Source: a phage
Assembly (NCBI GenBank): GCA_026165385.1
Contig: GCA_026165385.1_4524.1
Direction: 5' to 3' (one strand)
Length of the DNA stretch: 64,000 nucleotides
In this document: positions 9,884 through 19,918 of the stretch, piece after piece
How the letters are laid out: every line of letters begins with the position of its first letter
How positions within the stretch are numbered: position 1 is the first letter of the stretch
Made by a program: the position numbers and the translations under genes
The notes under the pieces: model-generated
What the model saw: only the letters and a program-made list of their open reading frames with translations
Database searches by the model: none
What the model was told of the DNA's origin: nothing

Positions 9884-10882
9884 TTATGATACTAATTCAA
9901 TCCATGCAGGACGCAGAACATCTTGCACCATTCGGACTAATTCTTTCTTAACAAGGTTCGGATTATCGGATGATGTTAATACAATACCTTCACGAGAAGT
10001 TTCTTCCAGAATATCTTGAACGGTCAATCCCATCACTTTGCCGAAATCTTTTGGCGTTACAGCCCCAATCTTAGAAATCACATTATTAACACGATTTAAT
10101 GTAACATAACAAGCTAGAACATCAAGCAAGTTTTTGTCAATTTCGGTTAATGGAACCTGAGTTTTAATAGGCTTATCAGACTTTTTCTTTTCACTGAATT
10201 TAGAGTTCTTGCACTTAATAGCTACACGAGTACCGTTTGGCAGCCATTTAGGGAAACAAGGCTTCAGAACATAACCTTCTGCCGTATTATCGCCAATAAC
10301 ATTAGCGTCAAATACACAATTATTTGCTTCTACAAGGTCTTCTGACGCAGTAGCATTATAAGCGGCTAAGACAGAATCAAGGTCATTTGGAATCATGATA
10401 AGAGCATCAAATGTGCCACGTCCAAGCATTGGTGCCATTTTAAAACCGAATTCATTACAGAAATCTTGCATTTCATAATCGGTCAAATACGTATTATCAC
10501 CACTTTCTGTATTGATAAGGATATCGAACACATAAAAATCTTTTTCACCGTAGTCAACACCTTTCTGGATTCCACCACCAGCGAATTCACCGAATACTTG
10601 ATATGATACGGCTCGAGCTGTGTACATGAATTCCTGAACGGCTTTAATAGCTTTATCATACTTCTTGAGTACGATTTCATAACCATAAAAATCTTCTGCT
10701 GGAAGAATAGGGCCTGTGCGCTTGGCGCATGTGACGTTGTCACGTTCAATTATTAACGAGAAGTTAGTCCCATGGATTTTCTCACGTGCTACCCAAACGC
10801 CAGTAGTCAAACCATTAGTGTAGAGTTTTTCAATAAACTTAGAGTTGTAGTGGTTTTCAAGACTGCTGTATTTCTTAAACAT
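9884..10882 (-). CDS. rnlB: RNA ligase 2 (Rnl2)
   Basis: 332 aa; matches T4 Rnl2 including the ligase KxHGxN motif (EKIHGTNFS). Confidence 0.95.
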   Translation of the reverse strand: MFKKYSSLENHYNSKFIEKLYTNGLTTGVWVAREKIHGTNFSLIIERDNVTCAKRTGPILPAEDFYGYEIVLKKYDKAIKAVQEFMYTARAVSYQVFGEFAGGGIQKGVDYGEKDFYVFDILINTESGDNTYLTDYEMQDFCNEFGFKMAPMLGRGTFDALIMIPNDLDSVLAAYNATASEDLVEANNCVFDANVIGDNTAEGYVLKPCFPKWLPNGTRVAIKCKNSKFSEKKKSDKPIKTQVPLTEIDKNLLDVLACYVTLNRVNNVISKIGAVTPKDFGKVMGLTVQDILEETSREGIVLTSSDNPNLVKKELVRMVQDVLRPAWIELVS

Positions 10883-10919
10883 AAATCACCATTATAAATA
10901 ATAATATCAAAATAATTAG

Positions 10920-10936
10920 CAGAGACTCTGTCTCTG
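10920..10936 (-). terminator. Hairpin downstream of the 24.x ORFs
   Basis: CAGAGAC-TCT-GTCTCTG stem-loop in the rnlB/24.x intergenic region. Confidence 0.4.
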
Positions 10937-11001
10937 ACCCGATGTTTAATTTGAATGGATAGAACCTAGATTCATTATACCATCAAAAAATGTAAAGCAT
11001 A

Positions 11002-11253
11002 TTAGAACTTGATTTCTATCCAATGACCATCACGCTGGTCGTGATTAATTTTATACTGAAAGCCATTATCACGTAACCACTGCCCGACTTGCTCAGTGAT
11101 AGTTAAATCATTCTTTGATGGATAGTACGTGAATTGTGTCTGGCCTTTATCAGCGGCTTTCTCTGCCATCACAGAGAAGTTAGTAATAAAATCACTCAAC
11201 AAATTAGCTTTAGTGGCCAGAGCCCTTTCTCTTAATTCCTGTGCAAAACTCAT
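11002..11253 (-). CDS. Hypothetical protein (24.2/24.3-like position)
   Basis: 83 aa ORF between rnlB and hoc, as for the T4 24.x genes. Confidence 0.5.
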   Translation of the reverse strand: MSFAQELRERALATKANLLSDFITNFSVMAEKAADKGQTQFTYYPSKNDLTITEQVGQWLRDNGFQYKINHDQRDGHWIEIKF

Positions 11254-11450
11254 TTCTTCACCTTTTTGTTAATAAAACGTTTACGGTATACGACTTTTTC
11301 TTTTGCTTTAAACTTTGACCGAGCTGTCTCGGCTTTAGTCCATAGTAATCCAACTTCTTTAGGTTGTAAACCAATTTTTTGAGCAATTTCTACGAATGAA
11401 AATCCCGCCTCATGTAATGTATAAACTTCAACTTCAGCTCTCATAATCAA
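11250..11450 (-). CDS. Small basic protein with helix-turn-helix-like segment
   Basis: 66 aa; segment GFSFVEIAQKIGLQPKEV resembles an HTH; basic C-terminus. Confidence 0.45.
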   Translation of the reverse strand: MIMRAEVEVYTLHEAGFSFVEIAQKIGLQPKEVGLLWTKAETARSKFKAKEKVVYRKRFINKKVKK

Positions 11451-11523
11451 TCCCGTATTATTTGGTTTGTGCCATTATATACATCAATCTCAAGATGTGT
11501 TTTGTATGCTTTAAAAACGAAGA

Positions 11524-11541
11524 AAGGGGCCGAAGCCCCTT
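11524..11541 (-). terminator. UUCG-tetraloop terminator downstream of hoc
   Basis: AAGGGGC-CGAA-GCCCCTT on plus (UUCG in the minus transcript), U-rich tract following on the minus strand. Confidence 0.7.
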
Positions 11542-11545
11542 ACGA

Positions 11546-12964
11546 TTATGGATACGTATAGATGATACCAGTTTCCAAAGCAGTTTTATGGATGATGTAT
11601 CCATTACGTGATTCTTGAACATCAACTTCTGGATAGTCTTTCATCATCTTCTGAAGAGTGTAACGATGCAGGTAGTATTTACTATCTGGATCTTCAGTTT
11701 TCCAATCTTTACCTTCTTCAGTCATTTTTTGGATTTCATCCATAACCCACCAACCACACCAGATGTAAGCTGAAGTACGATGTGGAAGAGGATGAACATA
11801 AGGTAGTTCACCTTCTGGTTCTGGAGCAACTTTATCAGTTACCTGAACTTGACCTTCTGCTGTAATAGTTTTGCTATCATAGTCATCTGCAGTAACGACG
11901 GCGGTCACTTCAATAGTTTGACTTCCAATAGATGAGGTATCAACGGTATAAACATTAGTTGACCCTTCTACAGGAGAAGAATCTTTCTTCCATGAATAAG
12001 TAATTTGTGCCTGTTCCGGTGCATCAGTGACATTAGCGGTAAATGTAGCTGAAGCATCTTGCTGAACGTTAATAGAAGGAGGAGTCAATGTAACCTGTGG
12101 ATTCATTTTCTTCTTATTAACCGTTAATGATACTTCATTCGAAGTAACTTCCTTTGCATCATAATCTGTCGCGGTTACTTGGGCTACACATTTAATTCTT
12201 TTTACACCACTTGTAGTTGGAGTATAGCTAAATGTAGATTTAGTTTCTCCACCAACCTGTGAATCATCTACATACCACTGATACGTAGCAGACGCTCCAG
12301 CCGGTTGAGAAGCTAAGGCAGCAGTAAATTGAACTGGGGTTCCAATTACTCCAGCTGAAGGACTATTGGGAGTTACTGCCAACGTAGTTGTCTGCGTCTT
12401 TTTATTAACAGTCAGTGACACTTCATTAGAAGTAACGCTTAGTGCGTCATAATCTGCTGCGGTTACTTGAGCCACACACTTAATTCTTTTTACCCCGCTT
12501 TCGGCAGGAGTGTAATTGAATGTAGCGTTAGTTGCTTCGCCCACAGGAGAACCGTCAACGTACCATTGATAAGTAGCGTTTGCGCCTGATGGCTGTGAAG
12601 CTAAAGCGGCAGTAAATTCAATAGCTGTTCCTATTACTCCAGCGCCAGGGCTATTAGGAGTTACAGCTAAGGTAGTCGTTTGTGTCTTGTTTTGAACTGT
12701 GATAGTTGTAGAAGCTTCTGCTGTTTCAGCTTCAGCTTCTGGAACTGTATTTGTTGCAACTACTTTAATAGTCTTTTGACCTGCAGGTCCTTTTAGTACA
12801 TAACTAAAAGTTGCTTCAGCTCCATCTTGCGGAACATCATCTACAGTCCAAGCATATGTAATAGTTCCACCTCCAGTTTCACCACTGGGAGTAGCAGTAA
12901 ACTGCTTAGTCTCATCTATAACTCCAGTAGGGGTTTTAGGAGTTATATCAACTGTAAAAGCCAT
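11546..12964 (-). CDS. hoc: Highly immunogenic outer capsid protein Hoc with an extra tandem Ig-like domain
   Basis: 472 aa; Ig-like repeats and C-terminal capsid-binding region; T4 Hoc is 376 aa; two ~95 aa units are near-identical. Confidence 0.85.
   Translation of the reverse strand: MAFTVDITPKTPTGVIDETKQFTATPSGETGGGTITYAWTVDDVPQDGAEATFSYVLKGPAGQKTIKVVATNTVPEAEAETAEASTTITVQNKTQTTTLAVTPNSPGAGVIGTAIEFTAALASQPSGANATYQWYVDGSPVGEATNATFNYTPAESGVKRIKCVAQVTAADYDALSVTSNEVSLTVNKKTQTTTLAVTPNSPSAGVIGTPVQFTAALASQPAGASATYQWYVDDSQVGGETKSTFSYTPTTSGVKRIKCVAQVTATDYDAKEVTSNEVSLTVNKKKMNPQVTLTPPSINVQQDASATFTANVTDAPEQAQITYSWKKDSSPVEGSTNVYTVDTSSIGSQTIEVTAVVTADDYDSKTITAEGQVQVTDKVAPEPEGELPYVHPLPHRTSAYIWCGWWVMDEIQKMTEEGKDWKTEDPDSKYYLHRYTLQKMMKDYPEVDVQESRNGYIIHKTALETGIIYTYP
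12119..12691 (-). repeat. Tandem duplication (2 x ~288 bp) inside hoc, encoding two near-identical Ig-like domains
   Basis: Protein units NKTQTTTLAVTPNSPGAGVIGT... and NKKTQTTTLAVTPNSPSAGVIGT... (~85% identical); the DNA units align at the same period. Confidence 0.8.
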
Positions 12965-12973
12965 AAGTTATCC

Positions 12974-13642
12974 TTATTTTAATGTTACGAAAGAAGAATT
13001 ACGAGTTTCACGAATTAGAACTGATCCATCGCGATTAATATAATAAATTAAGCTAAATAATGTTTGGTGAGCAGAAGCATGCACAAAACTGGTTGGGCGA
13101 GATTTCCAATCTGGAGTTTCGGCTATCCATTGATAAATCCACCAAGGAACAGTAACATATCCTGGGCCTTTGCCTAATTTAATGAGTGTAGGACTAAAAT
13201 TTTCAGGCAGAACAAAATTTACTTCTTTATTTACTTCTGGCTCAGGCTCTTTTTCAGATTCAACAACCTGAGTAATTGCTTCTTCGAATTTATCATGGTC
13301 GAATTCTTTTTCTTGTTCGACAACTTCTAATACTTCAACTTGTTCTGTTGGAGAATCAAACAACAGAATAGCTTCTTCTTTAACTTCTTCGTTGGTGAAA
13401 TTAACACCGTCCACATCATCTGCGGCAGTAATTAAATCAGTGATAGATAATCCATCAGTTTCAGGTAATGGTTCATCAGCCAGTGCGTTAAGAGCTTCTT
13501 CGATATCAATAACAATATTATCGAATGATTTTGATTTCTTAACACTAATGCCAAATTGTTCCGCGTATTCAAACAGTTTAGCTTTGGCTTCCTTTTTATC
13601 AGAAAGAGCACGTAACTCTTCAATATAGTCTTTATCGATCAT
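12974..13642 (-). CDS. inh: Inh-like protein (inhibitor of prohead protease), acidic
   Basis: 222 aa; position between hoc and uvsW and size as T4 inh (226 aa). Synteny-based. Confidence 0.5.
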   Translation of the reverse strand: MIDKDYIEELRALSDKKEAKAKLFEYAEQFGISVKKSKSFDNIVIDIEEALNALADEPLPETDGLSITDLITAADDVDGVNFTNEEVKEEAILLFDSPTEQVEVLEVVEQEKEFDHDKFEEAITQVVESEKEPEPEVNKEVNFVLPENFSPTLIKLGKGPGYVTVPWWIYQWIAETPDWKSRPTSFVHASAHQTLFSLIYYINRDGSVLIRETRNSSFVTLK

Positions 13643-13665
13643 GATATTTCCTCATTATAAATATA

Positions 13666-13673
13666 ACTATATT
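13666..13673 (+). promoter_or_regulatory. Late promoter TATAAATA for uvsW
   Basis: Exact TATAAATA about 20 nt upstream of the uvsW ATG, within the conserved 18-mer variant. Confidence 0.65.
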
Positions 13674-13692
13674 TATTACATGGTAATTTGAC

Positions 13693-15207
13693 ATGACTGA
13701 CATTAAAGTACATTTTTATGATTTTAGTCACGTGCGCATTGAATGCGACGAAAGTACGTTTTACGAACTTCGTGACTTTTTTAGCTTTGAAGCTGACGGG
13801 TATAAATTTAACCCAAAATATCGCTATGGGCAATGGGATGGTAGAATTCGACTTTTAGATTACAATCGTTTGTTACCATATGGACTTGTAGGACAAATAA
13901 AAAAGTTCTGTAACAATATGAGTTATTCTGTATGGATTGACCCTAAAATCTTTGAGACTGAAGACCTTACCAGGGAAGATTTTGACGCATGGCTTTCTAA
14001 ACAAGAAATTTATTCAGGCAACGCCAAAATCGAACCGCATTGGTATCAAAAAGATGCAGTATATGAAGGACTAGTTAATCGTCGTCGAATTTTAAACCTT
14101 CCGACATCAGCAGGTAAATCACTAATCCAAGCACTTTTAGCTCGGTATTATCTAGAGAACTATGAAGGTAAAATTCTCATTATCGTCCCTACAACAGCAT
14201 TGACAACCCAGATGGCTAATGATTTTGTTGATTATCGCTTGTTTAGTCATTCGATGATTAAGAAAATTGGCGGTGGTGCCGATAAAGCGGACAAATCTAA
14301 AAACGACGCTCCAATTATTGTTGGCACATGGCAAACAGTAGTTAAACAGCCTAAAGAATGGTTCTCTCAGTTCGGTATGATGATGAACGATGAATGCCAC
14401 TTAGCAACAGGCAAAAGTATTTCTTCAATCATCTCAGGATTAAATAATTGCATGTTTAAATTCGGTTTATCCGGCTCATTAAGAGACGGAAAAGCCAATG
14501 TAATGCAGTACGTAGGCATGTTCGGCGAAATCTTCCGTCCTGTTAGCACGTCTAAATTAATGGAAGATGGACAGGTAACTGAGCTTAAGATTAATAGTAT
14601 TTTCCTTCGTTATCCGGACGAATTCACCGTTAAATTAAAAGGTAAAACATACCAAGAAGAAGTTAAAATTATCACCGGACTAAAACGACGTACAAAGTGG
14701 ATTGCTCAACTTTCAGTCAAATTAGCTAAGAAAGACGAGAACGCCTTTGTAATGTTTAAACACGTTACGCACGGTAAAGAAATATTTGAAGCTATTAAAG
14801 AGCTTGGATACGAAAAAGTTTATTACGTATCAGGTGAAGTTGATACTGAAACACGTAACGCGCTTAAAGTCATGGCAGAAAATGGTAAAGGCATTATTAT
14901 TGTCGCATCATATGGAGTATTCTCTACTGGTATTTCAGTCAAGAATCTTCATCATGTTATTTTCGCCCATGGTGTTAAATCAAAAATTATCGTACTTCAA
15001 ACCGTAGGTCGCGTGCTTCGTAAGCATGGTTCTAAAGCTGTTGCTACAGTTTGGGATCTCATCGACGACGCAGGTGTAAAACCTAAATCATTAAATACTA
15101 AAAAGAAGTATACTCATCTTAATTACTTGTTAAAACACGGCATTGATCGTATCCAACGTTACGCTGATGAGAAATTTAACTATGTAATGAAAACAATTAA
15201 TTTATAA
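13693..15207 (+). CDS. uvsW: UvsW DNA/RNA helicase
   Basis: 504 aa; Walker A (PTSAGKS) and DECH box; size and position as T4 UvsW. Confidence 0.95.
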   Translation: MTDIKVHFYDFSHVRIECDESTFYELRDFFSFEADGYKFNPKYRYGQWDGRIRLLDYNRLLPYGLVGQIKKFCNNMSYSVWIDPKIFETEDLTREDFDAWLSKQEIYSGNAKIEPHWYQKDAVYEGLVNRRRILNLPTSAGKSLIQALLARYYLENYEGKILIIVPTTALTTQMANDFVDYRLFSHSMIKKIGGGADKADKSKNDAPIIVGTWQTVVKQPKEWFSQFGMMMNDECHLATGKSISSIISGLNNCMFKFGLSGSLRDGKANVMQYVGMFGEIFRPVSTSKLMEDGQVTELKINSIFLRYPDEFTVKLKGKTYQEEVKIITGLKRRTKWIAQLSVKLAKKDENAFVMFKHVTHGKEIFEAIKELGYEKVYYVSGEVDTETRNALKVMAENGKGIIIVASYGVFSTGISVKNLHHVIFAHGVKSKIIVLQTVGRVLRKHGSKAVATVWDLIDDAGVKPKSLNTKKKYTHLNYLLKHGIDRIQRYADEKFNYVMKTINL

Positions 15208-15222
15208 GGGCTTCGGCCCTTA
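15205..15222 (+). terminator. UUCG-tetraloop hairpin overlapping the uvsW stop codon
   Basis: TAAGGGC-TTCG-GCCCTTA followed directly by the uvsW.1 Shine-Dalgarno; no U-tract, so probably an RNA-stability or coupling element. Confidence 0.5.
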
Positions 15223-15232
15223 GGAGATAAAA

Positions 15233-15466
15233 ATGGTACTTGAATTTAAACAATTTTTATACGAAGCATCTATTGACGAATTCATGGGTAAAATTGCTAG
15301 TTGTCATACCTTAGAAGGGCTTGAAGAATTGGAAGCTTATTATAAGAAACGTATAAAAGAAACGGAATTAAAAGATACAGATGATATTTCTGTCAGGGAT
15401 GCCTTAGCAGGTAAGCGTGCCGAACTTGAAGGCGGCGATGATGAGGATGAGGAAGAAGACTTCTAA
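15233..15466 (+). CDS. uvsW.1: UvsW.1-like small acidic protein
   Basis: 77 aa immediately after uvsW with a Shine-Dalgarno sequence; acidic C-terminus. Confidence 0.7.
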   Translation: MVLEFKQFLYEASIDEFMGKIASCHTLEGLEELEAYYKKRIKETELKDTDDISVRDALAGKRAELEGGDDEDEEEDF

Positions 15467-15525
15467 TTAAAAAAAAGGCCCTTCCAAAAAGGTCGGGCCA
15501 AAAACCATAGGCAAAAAAGGTAACA

Positions 15526-15693
15526 CTATAGTAAAAGTTGGGTTTCGTTCAATTGCTCTTCTGAACTTTCTGAAACCGGCAATTGTTGGACATAATTATA
15601 ACAAGGACCAGGATGTGCTGGACCTTTGTCTGTTTCAACAACCAATGCAGAATCGATTGGAGTTTTACAGACAACACAAATCTTATCTGACAT
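15526..15693 (-). CDS. Small CxxC protein, 55 aa (absent from the supplied ORF track)
   Basis: Own translation of the minus strand: MSDKICVVCKTPIDSALVVETDKGPAHPGPCYNYVQQ...; strong Shine-Dalgarno (TAGGAGG) 6 nt upstream of ATG. Confidence 0.45.
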   Translation of the reverse strand: MSDKICVVCKTPIDSALVVETDKGPAHPGPCYNYVQQLPVSESSEEQLNETQLLL

Positions 15694-15725
15694 GATTGCC
15701 TCCTAAGTTGAAATTACATATCTAT

Positions 15726-15950
15726 TTATACCACTCTCATATGCATATCGATACCCATATCTTTAGAATAAAAATATTCATCAAGATATCCAGCAAATTT
15801 TCCTTTAATATAAAGGACATCTTCGCCACAAGGATGGTCTGTCAGAATACGAATATCCTGGCGACGTAGACGATACTTTTCCATTAAGAATTTAATTTCA
15901 GTTTCAAATTCTTCATCACTATTAAAGGCATCTTCAATTGAATAACGCAT
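15726..15950 (-). CDS. Hypothetical protein (uvsY.-1/-2 position)
   Basis: 74 aa ORF directly downstream of uvsY on the minus strand. Confidence 0.5.
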   Translation of the reverse strand: MRYSIEDAFNSDEEFETEIKFLMEKYRLRRQDIRILTDHPCGEDVLYIKGKFAGYLDEYFYSKDMGIDMHMRVV

Positions 15951-16363
15951 TATTGCCCCGCTTCAAATTCTCGCATGTCCTGGATATGTTTAAGTGCAAA
16001 ACTACGAGACTTGACTGCGTCAAGTGCACCACTACAGAACTCAAGTAAAATTCCCCAGTATTGTAAAGTAGTCTCTATTTTAAGCACATCTTTATCAGCA
16101 GCCAGGACAGTTTTCATTTCAGATTTCTCGTATCGGTCCATACTGAATTCATCACCATCACCTCGTCCCGAGTAGTAGTCTAATCTTGCTTTTAGAGCAG
16201 TTTTCTTCTGAGTCTCTATACGCAACATTTCTTTACGAATAAATGAGTGCTTACGTAGCCATTTGCTGTATAACTTAACATTATTCGCTGTCTCATATTG
16301 CAACTTTGTCGTATCAATAGCTAAGTCTGCGTCTAACTCTTCCTGTAAATCTTCCAGCTTCAT
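15950..16363 (-). CDS. uvsY: UvsY recombination mediator
   Basis: 137 aa from MKLEDLQEEL; matches T4 UvsY; the track ORF is over-extended upstream of the true start. Confidence 0.93.
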   Translation of the reverse strand: MKLEDLQEELDADLAIDTTKLQYETANNVKLYSKWLRKHSFIRKEMLRIETQKKTALKARLDYYSGRGDGDEFSMDRYEKSEMKTVLAADKDVLKIETTLQYWGILLEFCSGALDAVKSRSFALKHIQDMREFEAGQ

Positions 16364-16418
16364 AATATTCTCTCTTTTAACTAATAATCTCCCGGCTGTA
16401 TCGGAAGGACCTAAAACC

Positions 16419-16443
16419 ATTATACATAGGTTGCCTTGAAGCA
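16419..16443 (-). promoter_or_regulatory. MotA-dependent middle promoter for uvsY
   Basis: Minus strand reads aaTGCTTCA (MotA box), a 12-nt spacer, then TATAAT; sits between the gene 25 stop and the uvsY start. Confidence 0.65.
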
Positions 16444-16842
16444 TTACACTCTATTGCTTGATGCTAACTGAAGTTTGATTTGTTCGATATCATCAGGGTT
16501 ATCTACGACCGAAAATCTAATCTCTACTATAACTGTATAGTCATCATATACTGGCGTTACACTTACAGAAAGTTTGTCGATGCGTGGCTCATAGTTACGA
16601 ACAGCTGCCTGGATATTACGCTCAATCGTATCGGCTGTAAGTGGTGTCATGTTCTCGAAAAGTTCATCAACCAAATCGCATCCAAATTCAGGGTCGAAGG
16701 GGCGTGAGCCTTTTCTAGTTGTCACTATACCAAGAAGACTATTTTTAATAGAACGAAGTCCTACAGAACGAGCAACGTCCTTGTTCCAATCCATACGCAT
16801 TTCTGGGTCGATATCTGAATAAAGTTTATTGATATTAGACAT
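16444..16842 (-). CDS. 25: Baseplate wedge protein gp25
   Basis: 132 aa, same as T4 gp25; gene order 25-26 divergent from 51. Confidence 0.9.
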   Translation of the reverse strand: MSNINKLYSDIDPEMRMDWNKDVARSVGLRSIKNSLLGIVTTRKGSRPFDPEFGCDLVDELFENMTPLTADTIERNIQAAVRNYEPRIDKLSVSVTPVYDDYTVIVEIRFSVVDNPDDIEQIKLQLASSNRV

Positions 16843-17468
16843 TATAGTAACTCAAAGAATTCTTTGAGGCCTCGTATTGTGTGAACGTGTGACGCCCCAC
16901 ATTTGGGACATTTAATAGGGGTTGCCAGATAAATTGATGGCGATACCAAAAGATTTTTAATATTGATCATGTCATCTTCTGTTATAAGGCCGTAAAGGTC
17001 GTTTATTTCTGCTTCAGTTAAATCTTCAACAGGGATGGACTCTCCATTGACAAAAACAGCCTCAATACATGAAGCAATCATTAATGCGATATTTTTATCA
17101 TCAAATAATTTAGGTTGACGGAACTTAATTTTAATACCACTAAACGAATACCAGGGATCGGCCTGTTCATCTAATTGAGTGTGCAATAAATTCATATAGA
17201 CTTGAAATGAATGCCCACAGGAACAATTCCAGGTGTGTTCTTGATTCACTTCACCTAACGAATGTGCCCACAGATTTACCAACAATAACTCGGCTTCTTG
17301 TTTAGTCAAGTTTTTAGCATTAGAGCAATTAGTGATAATATTGTTCACTGCTGATTCAATAGTACCGGTAGCCCGCGCACCTATGAGTCCTAAATATTCT
17401 TTTAAAGTAAAGGCTCTACAATTCACTTCTTTATCGCCTAAACGTACTGTAAACGTATATTTGTACAT
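16842..17468 (-). CDS. 26: Baseplate hub protein gp26
   Basis: 208 aa as T4 gp26; divergent late promoter shared with gene 51. Confidence 0.85.
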   Translation of the reverse strand: MYKYTFTVRLGDKEVNCRAFTLKEYLGLIGARATGTIESAVNNIITNCSNAKNLTKQEAELLLVNLWAHSLGEVNQEHTWNCSCGHSFQVYMNLLHTQLDEQADPWYSFSGIKIKFRQPKLFDDKNIALMIASCIEAVFVNGESIPVEDLTEAEINDLYGLITEDDMINIKNLLVSPSIYLATPIKCPKCGASHVHTIRGLKEFFELL

Positions 17469-17486
17469 GTTAACTCCTTTATTGTG

Positions 17487-17494
17487 TATTTATA
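17487..17494 (-). promoter_or_regulatory. Late promoter (TATAAATA on minus strand) for gene 26
   Basis: Plus-strand TATTTATA is the reverse complement of TATAAATA; overlaps the gene 51 promoter in the palindrome GTATTTATAAATAAT. Confidence 0.6.
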
Positions 17495-17498
17495 AATA
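17491..17498 (+). promoter_or_regulatory. Late promoter TATAAATA for gene 51
   Basis: Exact TATAAATA 18 nt upstream of the gene 51 ATG. Confidence 0.7.
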
Positions 17499-17515
17499 AT
17501 AGAAAAGGAGTAATT

Positions 17516-18268
17516 ATGGCTAATATAATTCGTTGTAAATTACCGGATGGTGTTCATCGTTTCAAGCCGTTCACCGTGGCGGATTATAGAGACTTTTTAC
17601 TAGTTAGAAATGATATCGAACATCGTTCACCACAAGAACAAAAAGAAATAATTGCCGATCTGATTGATGATTATTTTGGCGAGTACCCTAAAACATGGCA
17701 ACCATTTATATTCCTGCAAGTTTTTGCAGGCTCTATAGGCAAAACAAAAGTTCCCGTTATTTTCACTTGCCCTAAATGCTCTAAAGAAAAAACTGCACCA
17801 TTTGAGATATATCAAAAAGAACTAGTCGAACCTGAACTTGATGTTGCTGGTATAAAAATACGTTTTTCTTTCCCTGAAAAGTTTTATGATAACAAGGCAT
17901 TAATGATAAGTGAAAACATAAAAGAAATATATTATAATGGTGAATGGTATCCATGGAATGATTTGACTGAAGAGAACCAAATCCAAGTAATAGAAGCAAT
18001 AGACATTGACTCGCTCGAGAAGGTTATTGCTTCTATGAACCCTATTAATTTGACCCTTAGATTAGGTTGTTGTGAACGTCATGTTAAAACATATACCGAT
18101 ATTTTAGAGGTTTTTAAATTGTTAGTTAACCCTGATGAGATTTTTACATTCTATCAGATAAACCATTCACTAGTAAAGAGTCAATACACATTGGATTCTA
18201 TTATGCAAATGATTCCTGTTGAACGTGGTATTGCTTTAACATTAGTAGAAAAGGACCATAAAAAATGA
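17516..18268 (+). CDS. 51: Baseplate hub assembly protein gp51
   Basis: 250 aa (T4 249 aa); late promoter TATAAATA upstream. Confidence 0.85.
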   Translation: MANIIRCKLPDGVHRFKPFTVADYRDFLLVRNDIEHRSPQEQKEIIADLIDDYFGEYPKTWQPFIFLQVFAGSIGKTKVPVIFTCPKCSKEKTAPFEIYQKELVEPELDVAGIKIRFSFPEKFYDNKALMISENIKEIYYNGEWYPWNDLTEENQIQVIEAIDIDSLEKVIASMNPINLTLRLGCCERHVKTYTDILEVFKLLVNPDEIFTFYQINHSLVKSQYTLDSIMQMIPVERGIALTLVEKDHKK

Positions 18269-19437
18269 CAGTATTCCAACGTCCAGGATATCCTAACTTA
18301 AGCGTTAAATTATATCAAGATTATTCGGCTTGGCAAGAAAATAGATACGTTGAACTCGCAGCAACAATAACAACTTTAACCATGCGAGATTCGCTATATG
18401 GAAGAAATGAAGGGATTCTTCAATTTTATGACACTAAAAACATCCACACTAAAATGGATGGTAGACAGATAGTCCAAATCTCTGTTTCAAATTCAAACAC
18501 ACCTCTCCAAGTTAGAACTCGAATTTACGGATGTAGACATTATTCTGTGTCTGTGGACTCAAAAGGTGACAATATTATTGCAATTGAGCTTGGAACAATA
18601 CATTCTATAGAGAACCTTAAATTTGGGCGACCATTCTTCCCAGACGCAGGAGAATCTATACGTGAAATGTTAGGTGTCATATATAAAGACCGTACGTTAA
18701 TTACTCCGCCAATAAACACTATTAATGCTTATGTTCCTGATATTCCTTGGACAAGCACATTTGATGATTATTTGGCATATGTCAGAGAATTAGGACTTGC
18801 TACAGCGAGTGATAAGTTCGTATTCGTATGGCAAGATATTTTAGGCGTAAACATGATTGACTACGATACTCTTATTGGACAGGAAGGCATTAAGATGATT
18901 GTAGGCGAGCCAAATACCGTAGGTCAGTATATTCAAGAGCTTGAGTATCCATTAGTATGGGATTTCACCTGGATGACTAAAGCTAACCAATTTACAAGAG
19001 ACCCTATTAAAAACGCCACGATATTCGCCCATTCATTTTTAGATACATCTATTCCGGTTATTGTTACAGGCGATGGTGATAATGCTATTGTTGTGTCAAG
19101 ATCTGGTGGATATTCCGAAATGACCTATCGTAATGGATTTGAAGAAGCAAGTCGTCTTCAGACAATGGCTCAATATGACGGATATGCTAAATGCACTACT
19201 ACAGGTAATTTTAACATAACGCCTGCTACTAAAATTATATTTGTCGACCAAAAGAACCAATTCAAATCCGAATTTTACGTAGATGAAGTTATTCATGAGT
19301 TGTCAAATAACAACTCACAAACTCATCTGTACATGTTTACCAACTCAATGGTGTTAGAACCTGTTAACCCAGTTAAGGTTAAAAATGAACTTAAATCTGA
19401 TTCTACCTCTAAAGAAAATAATTCTACCGCAGTCTAA
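18265..19437 (+). CDS. 27: Baseplate hub protein gp27
   Basis: 390 aa (T4 391 aa); overlaps gene 51 stop. Confidence 0.9.
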   Translation: MTVFQRPGYPNLSVKLYQDYSAWQENRYVELAATITTLTMRDSLYGRNEGILQFYDTKNIHTKMDGRQIVQISVSNSNTPLQVRTRIYGCRHYSVSVDSKGDNIIAIELGTIHSIENLKFGRPFFPDAGESIREMLGVIYKDRTLITPPINTINAYVPDIPWTSTFDDYLAYVRELGLATASDKFVFVWQDILGVNMIDYDTLIGQEGIKMIVGEPNTVGQYIQELEYPLVWDFTWMTKANQFTRDPIKNATIFAHSFLDTSIPVIVTGDGDNAIVVSRSGGYSEMTYRNGFEEASRLQTMAQYDGYAKCTTTGNFNITPATKIIFVDQKNQFKSEFYVDEVIHELSNNNSQTHLYMFTNSMVLEPVNPVKVKNELKSDSTSKENNSTAV

Positions 19438-19918
19438 TAAAAAGGTAATGATTCCTAAATTAGGGCTCAAACATTATAATCTTTTAAAGGACGTTAAAGG
19501 TCCTGACGAAAACATGAAAATCTTAGCTGATTCTATTTGTAAAAATATGAGTCCGGCAGATTTTGATTTTGCATGTCTACACATATTGGAATTTAATAAC
19601 AAACTTAAGTCTGAAGTTGAAAAAGACGGATTCACATATAAGCTAGATGACGTCTATGTATGCCAACGAACAGAATTCCAATTCCAAGGCAATACTTTTT
19701 ATTTTAGACCTCCAGGCAAATTTGAACAATTCGCTACAATCAGTGAAATGCTATCAAATTGCTTAATAAAAGTTAATGACGAAGAGAAAGAAATTTCTTT
19801 CCTTGAGATGCCTGCTTTTGTAATCAAATGGGCAGAAGACCTTTCGACAACTATTGCTATTCCAGGCCCTAATGGTCCTATTAAGGGTATAGCAGAAATT
19901 ATTGGATTGCTTGAATGA
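19385..19918 (+). CDS. 28: Baseplate hub distal subunit gp28
   Basis: 177 aa; matches T4 gp28 ([39 protein letters not shown]...). Confidence 0.9.
   Translation: MNLNLILPLKKIILPQSNKKVMIPKLGLKHYNLLKDVKGPDENMKILADSICKNMSPADFDFACLHILEFNNKLKSEVEKDGFTYKLDDVYVCQRTEFQFQGNTFYFRPPGKFEQFATISEMLSNCLIKVNDEEKEISFLEMPAFVIKWAEDLSTTIAIPGPNGPIKGIAEIIGLLE

Noticed and set aside
10894-10901. Plus-strand TATAAATA in the rnlB/24.x intergenic region
   Set aside because: No plus-strand gene downstream; AT-rich region, possibly chance or antisense late transcription. Not called as a promoter.
15477-15499. GGCCC...GGGCC inverted repeat after uvsW.1
   Set aside because: 13-nt loop and imperfect pairing; not convincing as a terminator.
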